Origin: Eledone cirrhosa
Taxonomy: Eukaryota
NCBI GenBank assembly: GCA_964016885.1
Contig: OZ024752.1
Coordinates: 29,636,001 to 29,700,000, forward strand
Reading direction: 5' to 3'
DNA: 64,000 nucleotides
Shown: positions 48,001 through 57,022 of the stretch, one piece after another
How the letters are laid out: the number at the start of each line of letters is the position of its first letter
Numbering within the stretch: position 1 is the stretch's first letter
Notes under the pieces: model-generated
Database searches by the model: none
Seen by the model: only the letters and a program-made list of their open reading frames with translations
Told to the model about the DNA's origin: nothing
Program-made: the position numbers and the translations under genes

Positions 48001-49667
48001 CACTTCCTTGGGGAGGGGGAGGGATTCTTTTCTGAAGACTTTCTGCTGTCCAGCTCTCCCAGTCCAAAACACTTCCTTGGGGAGGGGGAGGGATTCTTTT
48101 CTGAAGACTTTCTGCTGTCCAGCTCTCCCAGTCCAAAACACTTCCTTGGGGAGGGGGAGGGATTCTTTTCTGAAGACCTTCTGCTGTCCAGCTCTCCCAG
48201 TCCAAAACACTTGCTTGGGGAGGGGGAGGGATTCTTTTCTGAAGACTTTCTGCTGTCCAGCTCTCCCAGTCCAAAACACTTGCTTGGGGAGGGGGAGGTG
48301 TTCTTTTCTGAAGACTATCTGCTGTCCAGCTCTCCCAGTCCAAAACATTTGCTTGGGGACGGGGAGGGATTCTTTTCTGAAGACCTTCTGCTGTCCAGCT
48401 CTCCCAGTCCAAAACACTTGGTTGGGGAGGGGGAGGTGTTCTTTTCTGAAGACTTTCTGCTGTCCAGCTCTCCCAGTCCAAAACACTTCCTTGGGGAGGG
48501 GGAGGGATTCTTTTCTGAAGACTTTCTGCTGTCCAGCTCTCCCAGTCCAAAACACTTCCTTGGGGAGGGGGAGGGATTCTTTTCTGAAGACTTTCTGCTG
48601 TCCAGCTCTCCCAGTCCAAAACACTTCCTTGGGGAGGGGGAGGGATTCTTTTCTGAAGACCTTCTGCTGTCCAGCTCTCCCAGTCCAAAACACTTCCTTG
48701 GGGAGGGGGAGGGATTCTTTTCTGAAGACTTTCTGCTGTCCAGCTCTCCCAGTCCAAAACACTTCCTTGGGGAGGGGGAGGGATTCTTTTCTGAAGACTT
48801 TCTGCTGTCCAGCTCTCCCAGTCCAAAACACTTCCTTGGGGAGGGGGAGGGGTTCTTTTCTGAAGACCTTCTGCTGTCCAGCTCTCCCAGTCCAAAACAC
48901 TTGCTTGGGGAGGGGGAGGGATTCTTTTCTGAAGACCTTCTGCTGTCCAGCTCTCCCAGTCCAAAACACTTGCTTGGGGAGGGGGAGGGATTCTTTTCTG
49001 AAGACTTTCTGCTGTCCAGCTCTCCCAGTCCAAAACACTTGCTTGGGGAGGGGGAGGTGTTCTTTTCTGAAGACTTTCTGCTGTCCAGCTCTCCCAGTCC
49101 AAAACACTTCCTTGGGGAGGGGGAGGGGTTCTTTTCTGAAGACTTTCTGCTGTCCAGCTCTCCCAGTCCAAAACACTTCCTTGGGGAGGGGGAGGGGTTC
49201 TTTTCTGAAGACTTTCTGCTGTCCAGCTCTCCCAGTCCAAAACACTTCCTTGGGGAGGGGGAGGGGTTCTTTTCTGAAGACTTTCTGCTGTCCAGCTCTC
49301 CCAGTCCAAAACACTTCCTTGGGGAGGGGGAGGGATTCTTTTCTGAAGACTTTCTGCTGTCCAGCTCTCCCAGTCCAAAACACTTCCTTGGGGAGGGGGA
49401 GGGATTCTTTTCTGAAGACTTTCTGCTGTCCAGCTCTCCCAGTCCAAAACACTTCCTTGGGGAGGGGGAGGGATTCTTTTCTGAAGACTTTCTGCTGTCC
49501 AGCTCTCCCAGTCCAAAACACTTGCTTGGGGAGGGGGAGGGATTCTTTTCTGAAGACTTTCTGCTGTCCAGCTCTCCCAGTCCAAAACACTTCCTTGGGG
49601 AGGGGGAGGGATTCTTTTCTGAAGACCTTCTGCTGTCCAGCTCTCCCAGTCCAAAACACTTGCTTGG
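1..49667. repeat. 69-bp tandem satellite array, ~720 units, continues beyond left edge
   Basis: Consensus GGGGAGGGGGAGGG(G/A)TTCTTTTCTGAAGAC(T/C)TTCTGCTGTCCAGCTCTCCCAGTCCAAAACACTTGCTT repeated head-to-tail in one orientation with no foreign insertion seen; usually 0-3 substitutions per unit and about 15 indels. Confidence 0.99.
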
Positions 49668-49704
49668 CTTGTTCTCCTCCGAAGACTTGCTGTCCAGTTC
49701 TCCT
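49668..49704. repeat. diverged, shortened terminal unit of the 69-bp satellite
   Basis: cttgttctcctccgaagacttgctgtccagttctcct aligns to the consensus with 3-nt and 9-nt gaps; minus strand reads GELDSKSSEENKPSKCF versus GELDSRKSSEKNPSPSPSKCF. Confidence 0.8.
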
Positions 49705-49737
49705 GAGAGTTTCTTATCAATGGGATAGTTTATGTAT

Positions 49738-50060
49738 CTTCTCCTTCTCCCAGTTATTTCTGAGACGGTCGTAGGGGTAGAGTCCGGAAACACTCTTTTC
49801 AGCAGGTCCTGTCAGAAGCACCCATCTCCAACTGATCTTGCTGGATCCCCAAGCATGACCAGCCAGGCTCATGGATGTTATCCAACCATCTTGCTCGAGG
49901 TCTACTCCTGGGTCTCTTTCCACTTGGTTTTGCCCATAAAATCTGTCCAGCGATTCTTTCCTGAGACATTCTGATCACAGACCCATAGTATCAGAGCTGT
50001 GATCTCTCAATTCAGAGAAGTAGCAGCTCTAGCTGGAGTGACTCTCTGATCTTCAGTAGT
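49738..50060 (-). mobile_element. decayed RTE-clade LINE 3' fragment (ORF C-terminus and short tail)
   Basis: Minus-strand translation KIRESLQLELLLL*IERSQL*YYGSVIRMSQERIAGQILWAKPSGKRPRSRPRARWLDNI matches the RTE C-terminal pattern (LRWYGHV.RM...GKRPRGRP..RW.D); TGA stops at expected Arg codons fit CpG decay. Confidence 0.85.
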
Positions 50061-50712
50061 TTAACATCCCACCCATTCACACACAGTACACTACGTTATA
50101 TTGCACAAAACCCAAAATTAAAATACTGTGTTCTGGAACAGGCAAGAAAATGCTACATTTATCCAGTAATACAACTTTTATCTCTCGGTTATTTTCCAGT
50201 GATACTTGGTCACTTCACATGAATAAAGTTCCCTAGACAACAGATGACTAAATACATTTTATATTTCATAACTATCAAGGTGAAAAATAGATAGTTCTTT
50301 CATTCCAACATTCTTTTATCTTTTATTTCACCATTTATATAATGTTTACCAAGTTCTTTGTACAGAAATCAATTTCTGATTGCTTTAAACTTTGTTTCTA
50401 GAAGGAAGGAAGGTCTTGGGTAAATACTTATGTCTAGGATTAAACAAAATTATTATTTTATATTGATGTTTGTTTTTGTTATTTTTATTGCAATGATTGA
50501 GTTGAAATTGTGAATTTACACACACACACACACCCGCACACACACACACACACACGTATATATATATTGCAGAGTGGATATTACTTTGAAGTTTTGCCAG
50601 CAATGGACTGACTCTTGTGACTTCTGTTTTTTAGTGAATATTATTTGTTGCTGTCATATATATACATGTGTGTATGTGTGTGTATACACACATACATATG
50701 AATGTATGTATA

Positions 50713-51086
50713 TATAACTAATAAGCAAACCACTAAGAGTAATTTTATTATAAATCTATATAAATGTATATATATATATATATATATATATTAGTAAAAG
50801 GAAAAGAAAATTCTGACAAATTGTTCCCAGTGAAAAATAGTTTAATTAGGAATAAGTAAAAATTAGTAATAATATTGGTTAGTATTCAGTTTTGGTTTTA
50901 AGTTTTTACCGGTTGCGCATTTCTAATGCTTTTCAAAAATAATTTTGAGATAGAGCGCCCGTGATGTTTGCTCTAATCATATATCTAATCATAAATCTAA
51001 TATATATATATATATATATATACATTATATATAAATTTATATAGATTTATAATAAAATCACTCTTAGTGGTTTGCTTATTAGCTAT
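50713..51086. mobile_element. small inverted-repeat-bounded cassette containing a degenerate hammerhead (Penelope pLTR-like remnant)
   Basis: ataactaataagcaaaccactaagagtaattttattataaatctatataaat (~50713-50764) is the reverse complement, with 2 mismatches, of ~51035-51086; (TA)n tracts lie just inside both arms. Confidence 0.65.
50903..50942 (-). ncRNA. degenerate minimal type I hammerhead ribozyme (U3-A8 core, A13C)
   Basis: Minus strand: TTATTT-TTGAAAA-GCATT-AGA-AATGC-GCAA-CCGG-TA-AAAA: perfect 5-bp stem II, palindromic stem III ACCGGT, GUA triplet; GCAA replaces GAAA and stem I is weak. Confidence 0.5.
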
Positions 51087-51304
51087 CAGTGTCGTTAGAG
51101 TATAAGTCAGAAAGACTTAGAGACTAAAGCCAATCTGGAGAAGGAGAACATGGAAGCTGAAGTAACCTTTAGCTGGTGACAAATTCAGAGAAATCCTACT
51201 GATGCCAATGACAGTAGGATACAAATAATGTCTGCAGTGGTATAAGATCCCAGCAAGATGGTGGTGGGATAATAGGTTAGATAGAGATAGACTTAGAATG
51301 ACTA

Positions 51305-51495
51305 TAATTGTTTCTACTTTTGGCACAAGGCTAGCAATTATCCCAGTGCATTACTGGTACTTTATTTTATTGACCCCGTAAGGATGAAAAGCAAAGTTAA
51401 CCTCGGCGGGAATTGAACTCAGATCATAAAGGGAGGTAACACTATGCTTCAAGGCATGGTGTCTGACCCTTACCGATACTGCCAATACACCGACT
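51305..51495 (-). mobile_element. tRNA-derived SINE with Meta-domain-like core (degraded)
   Basis: Reverse complement contains the B-box-like gagttcaattccc followed by gccgaggttaactttgcttttcatccttacggggtcaataaaataaagtaccag, resembling the MetaSINE-type central domain. Confidence 0.7.
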
Positions 51496-51539
51496 ATAAT
51501 AATGGGTGAACAGTAATAATTCCAGTGTACTGGAGGGAA

Positions 51540-51568
51540 TATACATACACACACCTGTATATGAGTAT

Positions 51569-51601
<33 letters not shown>

Positions 51602-51682
51602 CAAGTATACACACACATATATATACAAGTACACACACACACACATATATATGAGTATACACACATACACACACAGACACTG

Positions 51683-51724
<42 letters not shown>

Positions 51725-51726
51725 GA

Positions 51727-51764
<38 letters not shown>

Positions 51765-51765
51765 G
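51540..51765. repeat. compound (CA)n/(TA)n microsatellite
   Basis: Direct inspection of the sequence. Confidence 0.95.
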
Positions 51766-51868
51766 TGGGACAGAGGCAAATGTGACTACTTGTGGTGTCA
51801 GATGCAGTAAAGTCACAGAGACAAACACACACACATGCATATAGAAGTTTAATGATAATTATATACAT

Positions 51869-52359
51869 GGAGGCACATGGCTTAGTGGTTAGAGCATTGG
51901 CCTCGCAATCGAAAGGTTGTGAGTTCAATTCTCAGACCGAGTAATGTGTTGTTTCCTTGAGCAAGACACTTTATTTCACATTGCTCCAGTTTACTCAGCT
52001 GTAGAAATGAGATTATAGGGACTGGGGTCCCTATCATTCCACTGCAAAGTGGTCGTGTAGGTGCCACGGCAAAAAAAGCACCCAGCCCACACAGTAAAGT
52101 GGACGTGTAGGTGCCACGGCAAAAAAAGCACCCAGCCCACACAGTAAAGTGGTCGTGTAGGTGCCACGGCAAAAAAAGCACCCAGCCCACACAGTAAAGT
52201 GGTCGTGTAGGCGCCATGGCAAAAAAGCACCCAGCACTCACTGTAAATGAGGTTGGTTGAGGTTGGGCATCTTGCTGTAGAAATCAAGCCAGAATCAGTT
52301 CCCGTCCCACCCTTGTAAGCAGGGAAAAAGCGGACGTAAAATGAAATGATGATGATGAT
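51869..52359 (+). mobile_element. tRNA-derived SINE with RTE-LINE-derived 3' tail
   Basis: A-box tggcttagtggtt and B-box gagttcaattc; central tccttgagcaagacacttt motif; tail homologous to the LINE 3' UTR at 58518-58670; ends in (GAT)n. Confidence 0.85.
52046..52245 (+). repeat. 50-bp tandem repeat x4 inside the SINE tail
   Basis: aaagtggtcgtgtaggtgccacggcaaaaaaagcacccagcccacacagt starts at 52046, 52096, 52146 and 52196. Confidence 0.95.
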
Positions 52360-52598
52360 TGTTGCACATGAATGGTGACCACTGGGTGAAGAAGTGCCAA
52401 GAAATCTCAGTGAAAGGAAACCACAGTAGAGGAAGACCAAAGAAGACTTGGGTACAGGAGGTGAGAGTTAATCTGAAATCAGTGAAGCTCACAGAGGAGA
52501 TGACGAAGGAACGTGTCAAGTAGAGGGTGCTGTGTTGAAAAAGACCCATCCAAGCATGGAAAAGTGGATGTAAAATGAAGAACATGATGATGATGATG
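52360..52598 (+). mobile_element. RTE-clade LINE extreme 3' fragment
   Basis: Translates to LHMNGDHWVKKCQEISVKGNHSRGRPKKTWVQEVRVNLKSVKLTEEMTKER, similar to the C-terminus of the 58095-58481 ORF; ends with caagcatggaaaagtggatgtaaa and (GAT)n. Confidence 0.8.
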
Positions 52599-52603
52599 CT
52601 TCT

Positions 52604-53790
52604 ACACACACACATACTCACACACTCACACACACTTATTTTCATTAAACCTATCATACATGTATTAATAATGGCTCTTTTTACATACACACACACACAC
52701 ACACACACATCTTCCCACACAGACACACACACACATGCATACACACACACATGCTCACAGACACGCACACACATCCTCCTACACACACAGGCATACACAC
52801 ACATGCTCAGACACACACACACATGCTCACAGACACACACACATATGCTCACAGACACACACACACATGCTCACAGACTCTCACACACATGCATACATAC
52901 ACACACGCACACACACATGCTCACAGACACACATACACACATGCATACACACACATGCTCACAGACACACATACACATGCATACAGAAACACACACATGC
53001 TCACACACACACATCCTCCCACACACATATGCTCACAGACACACACACACATCCTCCCACACAGACACACACACACATGCATACACACAGACTCACACAC
53101 ATGCTCACAGACACACATACACATACATACACACACACACACACACATGCACACACACACACACATGCATACAGACACACACACACATGCTCAGACACAC
53201 ACATGCTCATAGACACACACACACATACATACAGACTCACACACACATGCTCACAAACTCACACACATGCATACAAACACACACACACATGCTCACAGAC
53301 TCACACACACATGCTCAGACACACACATACACATGCTCACAGACACACACACATGCATACAAACACACACACACATGCATACAGCCTCACACACACATGC
53401 ATACAAACTCACACACACATGCATACAGCCTCACACACACACATGCATACCGACACACACACACATGCATTCAGACACATGCATACAGACACACATACAC
53501 ACACATGTACACTTATTTTATACTCCTCCAACCTATCAAACATGTATTAGTAATGGACCTTTATATACATACACACACACACAGACACATACACATACAC
53601 ACACGCATTCCTCCCCTCCCCCCACTTATTCTATTCTCTTCCAACCTATCAAACATGTATAAGTAATGGACCTTCTCACACACACACACACGCCCTCCCA
53701 GACCAGCCCCACCCCCTCCCAGACCCCCCACATACCCTCCCCCCACTTATTCTATTCTCCCCCAACCTATCAAACATGTATATTAGTGTA
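52604..53790. repeat. complex (CA)n-derived low-complexity array with a recurring ~45-bp motif
   Basis: cacacatgctcacagacacacac variants; cttattctattctc..ccaacctatcaaacatgtat..gtaatggacc-like motif at ~52635, 53511, 53624 and 53744. Confidence 0.9.
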
Positions 53791-53916
53791 GAACATTTAC
53801 CATGTTTGTTTATTATTTTCAAATCATTCTTTCTAAGAAATATCGACTGGATACAAACGTTGAATATGCATAAATATCGATTTAATATTCCTCTTGTCTG
53901 CTTTTGCTTCACTTGT

Positions 53917-54215
53917 TAATAATAATAATAATAATAATAATAATGATAATAATAATGTTTTCTTTATTAACCACAAGGGTTTACATAAAGTAGACATTAA
54001 GGACAGTACAGGACAATACAGGACGGTACAAATGGGCATTTCTGCGTGTAAAAAAAAACAAAAAAAACAAAAAAAACAGAGGAATGTAATAAAAGAACAA
54101 TGAAAAATTCCCCAATAGGGGGGGGGGGACTTCCGAGGGCCATCATGGAGAAAGCCCATTAAAAAGCCACAGTGACCCTGACCACCAGGGCAAGTGCCCT
54201 CTCCCAGATTTCCAC
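53917..54215 (-). mobile_element. probable non-LTR retrotransposon 3' UTR with (ATT)n tail
   Basis: Minus strand ends ...cccttgtggttAATAAAgaaaacatt(att)n, a poly(A) signal followed by a simple-repeat tail; no coding part is visible. Confidence 0.45.
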
Positions 54216-54249
54216 TTTTAATTTACAGACACATACTCAGAGTAGGCCC

Positions 54250-54250
<1 letters not shown>

Positions 54251-54307
<57 letters not shown>

Positions 54308-54355
54308 CAACAATGACAATAATGATAATAGTAATGACCACAATAATAATAATAA
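54251..54355. repeat. (AAT)n microsatellite
   Basis: Direct inspection of the sequence. Confidence 0.95.
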
Positions 54356-55049
54356 AGACAACCACAAAAATGTATATTTTTAATGCCACAGCTTAAATAC
54401 ATTACTACTTTCACTAAAGTACTAAAAACAAGTTGCACTAAAGATGTATCCATTTGTCTATATGTTGTGGCACTGACTTGGGTGATTGGGGAAGGGTCGT
54501 AGTAGCAGTGTATTATTTTAAAACTTTGATGACATGACATTAAGAAATATATCAATGTTCATTGATATAATGGTCTGTCTTACTTTAATTTCTTCTGACA
54601 AGGATTATATGAAAACTCAATGGAATTTTTATTTGATATGTCTTTGTTATTGATATTAAAGGAGGTAAGATAGGGAGAATAGTTTGGCACAGAAGACATA
54701 AAACATGAAAGAATCAATGTAAACGCAGCTACAGCTAGTGGAGGTCATATGGATGGTAGTAATAGCTGGAGAGAGGGTATTAGTAGAGGTGCAGGTGATA
54801 TATTCTGAAATGACCAAAGATTGTAACCCTCCCCAATCAAACAGCGACTGCCTAGTTTATTCAGGATAACTTATGCCCTGTTGATGACTTACTTTACAAG
54901 GGCATGTGTCTTAGCTAACATTATTTCATGTTGCTCAACCAGAAACAACATATGTCAAAGGTTTGTTCTCCTTTCCCATCAATCATATTCACAATACACA
55001 TACACTCATGTATATATGTACAAATACACACACACACATATATATACAT

Positions 55050-55237
55050 ATATATATACTTGAATATAAGCAGAGGAATATGTGACCAAAAAATCGATGG
55101 TAAAATGGGAGGTTGGCTTATATACGCTATCTAAATAATGTCTTGATTAGCTGCCTCGGATTATAAATGGGGTTTGGAGTTTTGCCTATTTCTCAGACAT
55201 AGGGGTTGGGAGTCGGCTTATATTCGAGTATATACGG
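55050..55237. mobile_element. non-autonomous Tc1/mariner-superfamily (Tc2/pogo-like) MITE
   Basis: Left tatatacttgaatataagcaga (55053-55074) versus right tcggcttatattcgagtatatacgg|ta (55213-55239); internal TIR-like copy ttggcttatatacg near 55114. Confidence 0.65.
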
Positions 55238-55239
55238 TA

Positions 55240-55440
55240 TCATCATCATCACCGTTTTACTTCCATTCTTCCATGCTAGCATGGGTTAGATGGCTTGTCC
55301 TGTTGACTGACCTCGTCTTGTTCATACGGGAACTGATTTTGGTTTGATTTCTACAGCTGGATGCCCTTCCTAACACCAACCTCATTTACAGTGAGTGGTG
55401 GGTGCTTTTCTTCCGTGGCACCTACATGATCACTTTACAG
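55240..55440 (-). mobile_element. RTE LINE 3' UTR fragment (same family as 57023-58782)
   Basis: Reverse complement aligns to 58567-58782 (cactcactgtaaatg.ggttggtgttaggaagggcatccagctgtagaaatcaaaccaaa...tctaacccatgcta...aaaacggtgatgatg). Confidence 0.85.
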
Positions 55441-55468
55441 TATGTAGATATATATATATATATATATA

Positions 55469-55536
55469 TTGGGTGGTCAAGTATGAATTATTAGAAATAA
55501 AAAAAATTTCTACAAATTTCATACTTGACGACCCAA
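55469..55536. mobile_element. 68-bp mariner-like mini-MITE / hairpin
   Basis: TA|ttgggtggtcaagtatgaa ... ttcatacttgacgacccaa|TA: 19-bp TIRs with one mismatch, inserted in (TA)n. Confidence 0.7.
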
Positions 55537-55610
55537 TATATATATGTATATATATACATGTATAGTGAGTTACAAATTCTCTTGTTCATTCAATTATATA
55601 TATACATATA

Positions 55611-55661
<51 letters not shown>

Positions 55662-55761
55662 GTATATACATATATACATATATATGTGTGTATATATATA
55701 TATATATATACATGTGTATATATATACACATATATATATATACATGTGTATATATATACAC

Positions 55762-55799
<38 letters not shown>

Positions 55800-55827
55800 C
55801 GGGTTTCTCTCTCTATATATATATATG
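55537..55827. repeat. (TA)n-rich microsatellite
   Basis: Direct inspection of the sequence. Confidence 0.9.
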
Positions 55828-56022
55828 TCGGGTCACTCTCGAGTGCTACTGGTAACATGTAACCCAGTTCAACCTGTCGCATGGTCGGGTCGTCAGCGAC
55901 TAAACCGGCAACCCCACCAAGTTTACTTGGTGAGGAGGGTGATTTTGGACACCCTGCAGGACAAATAACAAAACCTGACGAAGGGCGGAAGAAATCATAA
56001 GAGTCAACGGCCATCCAAAAGT
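55826..56022 (+). mobile_element. GC-rich short interspersed repeat inserted in a TA microsatellite (family unassigned)
   Basis: Abrupt ~200-bp GC-rich island between simple repeats with several hairpins (caccaagt..acttggtg; agggtg..caccct; gtcgc..gcgac). Confidence 0.45.
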
Positions 56023-56096
56023 GTGTAAATATGTATATACACATGTACATATGTATGTATATGTATATATGCATGGGTGCATGTGTATGTATATGT

Positions 56097-56439
56097 GCGG
56101 GGACATAGAAATAGTCAGGCTGGACACCCAATCGCGCGGTTAAACCACAGGGAGTGAAGGACCCCTAGCCTTTCTCAGGGCATTCTTCTAGGAGAAGGCA
56201 ACTCAGGAAACTGGCATAACTCTGATATAAAACCTGTGGCTCAGTAGTTACCGATGATGTTGATCTTTTCTTCTTTTCGGGTTATAGCTACTGTCGCTCA
56301 GAGAGTGGGATTGGCTCAGTGCACAGTCTTTCCTCACTTTAAAAAATATTTTCACACACAGGCATTGCACGATAGAATTAATTAATAATTATTAATAATG
56401 GTATATTGTGCAATGGCGATACTCGATAACGAGGGGGCA

Positions 56440-56445
<6 letters not shown>
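56097..56445 (+). mobile_element. short interspersed repeat, possibly derived from an RTE 5' UTR
   Basis: Island between microsatellites containing tctaggagaaggcaactc...ctctgatataaaacc, a motif resembling RTE-clade 5' UTRs. Confidence 0.4.
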
Positions 56446-56476
<31 letters not shown>

Positions 56477-56596
56477 TCCCGCTTCTACTAATGACCAGTT
56501 CAGGTGTAGGTCACATTTACGGCCCCATTTGATCCTGCACTAGCTGTATGAAGGCAATATATTTGCTGGCTGTGGGACTTTATGTCCTATGTAAGA

Positions 56597-56684
56597 GAAA
56601 ATGCTTTCTGAAGAGCCGAACTTTCCATTGGAAGTCCCTTGGATTTCCAATCTTTTGTGAGGCGAAATGGATAGGTAAATATTT
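56597..56684 (+). ncRNA. type I hammerhead ribozyme motif with long stem II (partly degenerate)
   Basis: CTGAAGA (56608-14), GCC...GGC closing stem II with inner hairpin attggaagtcc/ggatttccaat, GAAA (56664-67), TGG, ATA triplet; stem I pairs poorly. Confidence 0.6.
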
Positions 56685-56751
56685 AAATTATATTTTTTGA
56701 ATTTATTTTGAAAGATTGTTTGAATTTTGCTTGTCCCGCTTATCTCATTTT

Positions 56752-57022
56752 TATATATGTGTATATATATATATATACACACATGTATATATATATACAT
56801 TATACATATATATATGTGTGTATATATACATATATATATATGTGCGTATATATATGTGTGTATATATACATTATACATATATATATATGTGTGTATATAT
56901 ATATATATATACATGTATATATATATATATATACACACACGTGTATATATATATATATATACACATGTATATATATATATATATACACATGTATATATAT
57001 ATATATATATATATAAATATAT
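56752..57022. repeat. (TA)n/(TG)n microsatellite
   Basis: Direct inspection; accounts for the Y/I/H/T-rich N-terminus of ORF 56727-58094. Confidence 0.95.

Noticed and set aside
1-49667. Satellite unit as a hammerhead ribozyme (contains CTGAAGA = CUGANGA; rare gtcGAAAac variants)
   Set aside because: The consensus has CAAA rather than GAAA, no stem II closes directly on the core, no clear stem III/NUH, and core-breaking variants (ctgaatac, ctgaaggc) are common.
59-49774. Giant ORFs (up to 7414 aa) as real CDSs
   Set aside because: They overlap in five frames, use non-ATG starts, switch peptide repeat at indels and contain inherited frameshifts and stops; they follow from a 69-bp unit lacking stops.
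50060-50150. Strong-looking minus-strand splice acceptor (ttttcttgcctgttccag) as the start of a coding exon leading into the satellite
   Set aside because: All three frames downstream hit stops within ~60 bp.
51869-51940. tRNA gene
   Set aside because: A and B boxes are present but the cloverleaf is imperfect and the sequence continues into a SINE body and tail.
55975-56025. CTGACGA as another hammerhead core
   Set aside because: No paired stem II ending in GAAA and no stem I/III could be built.
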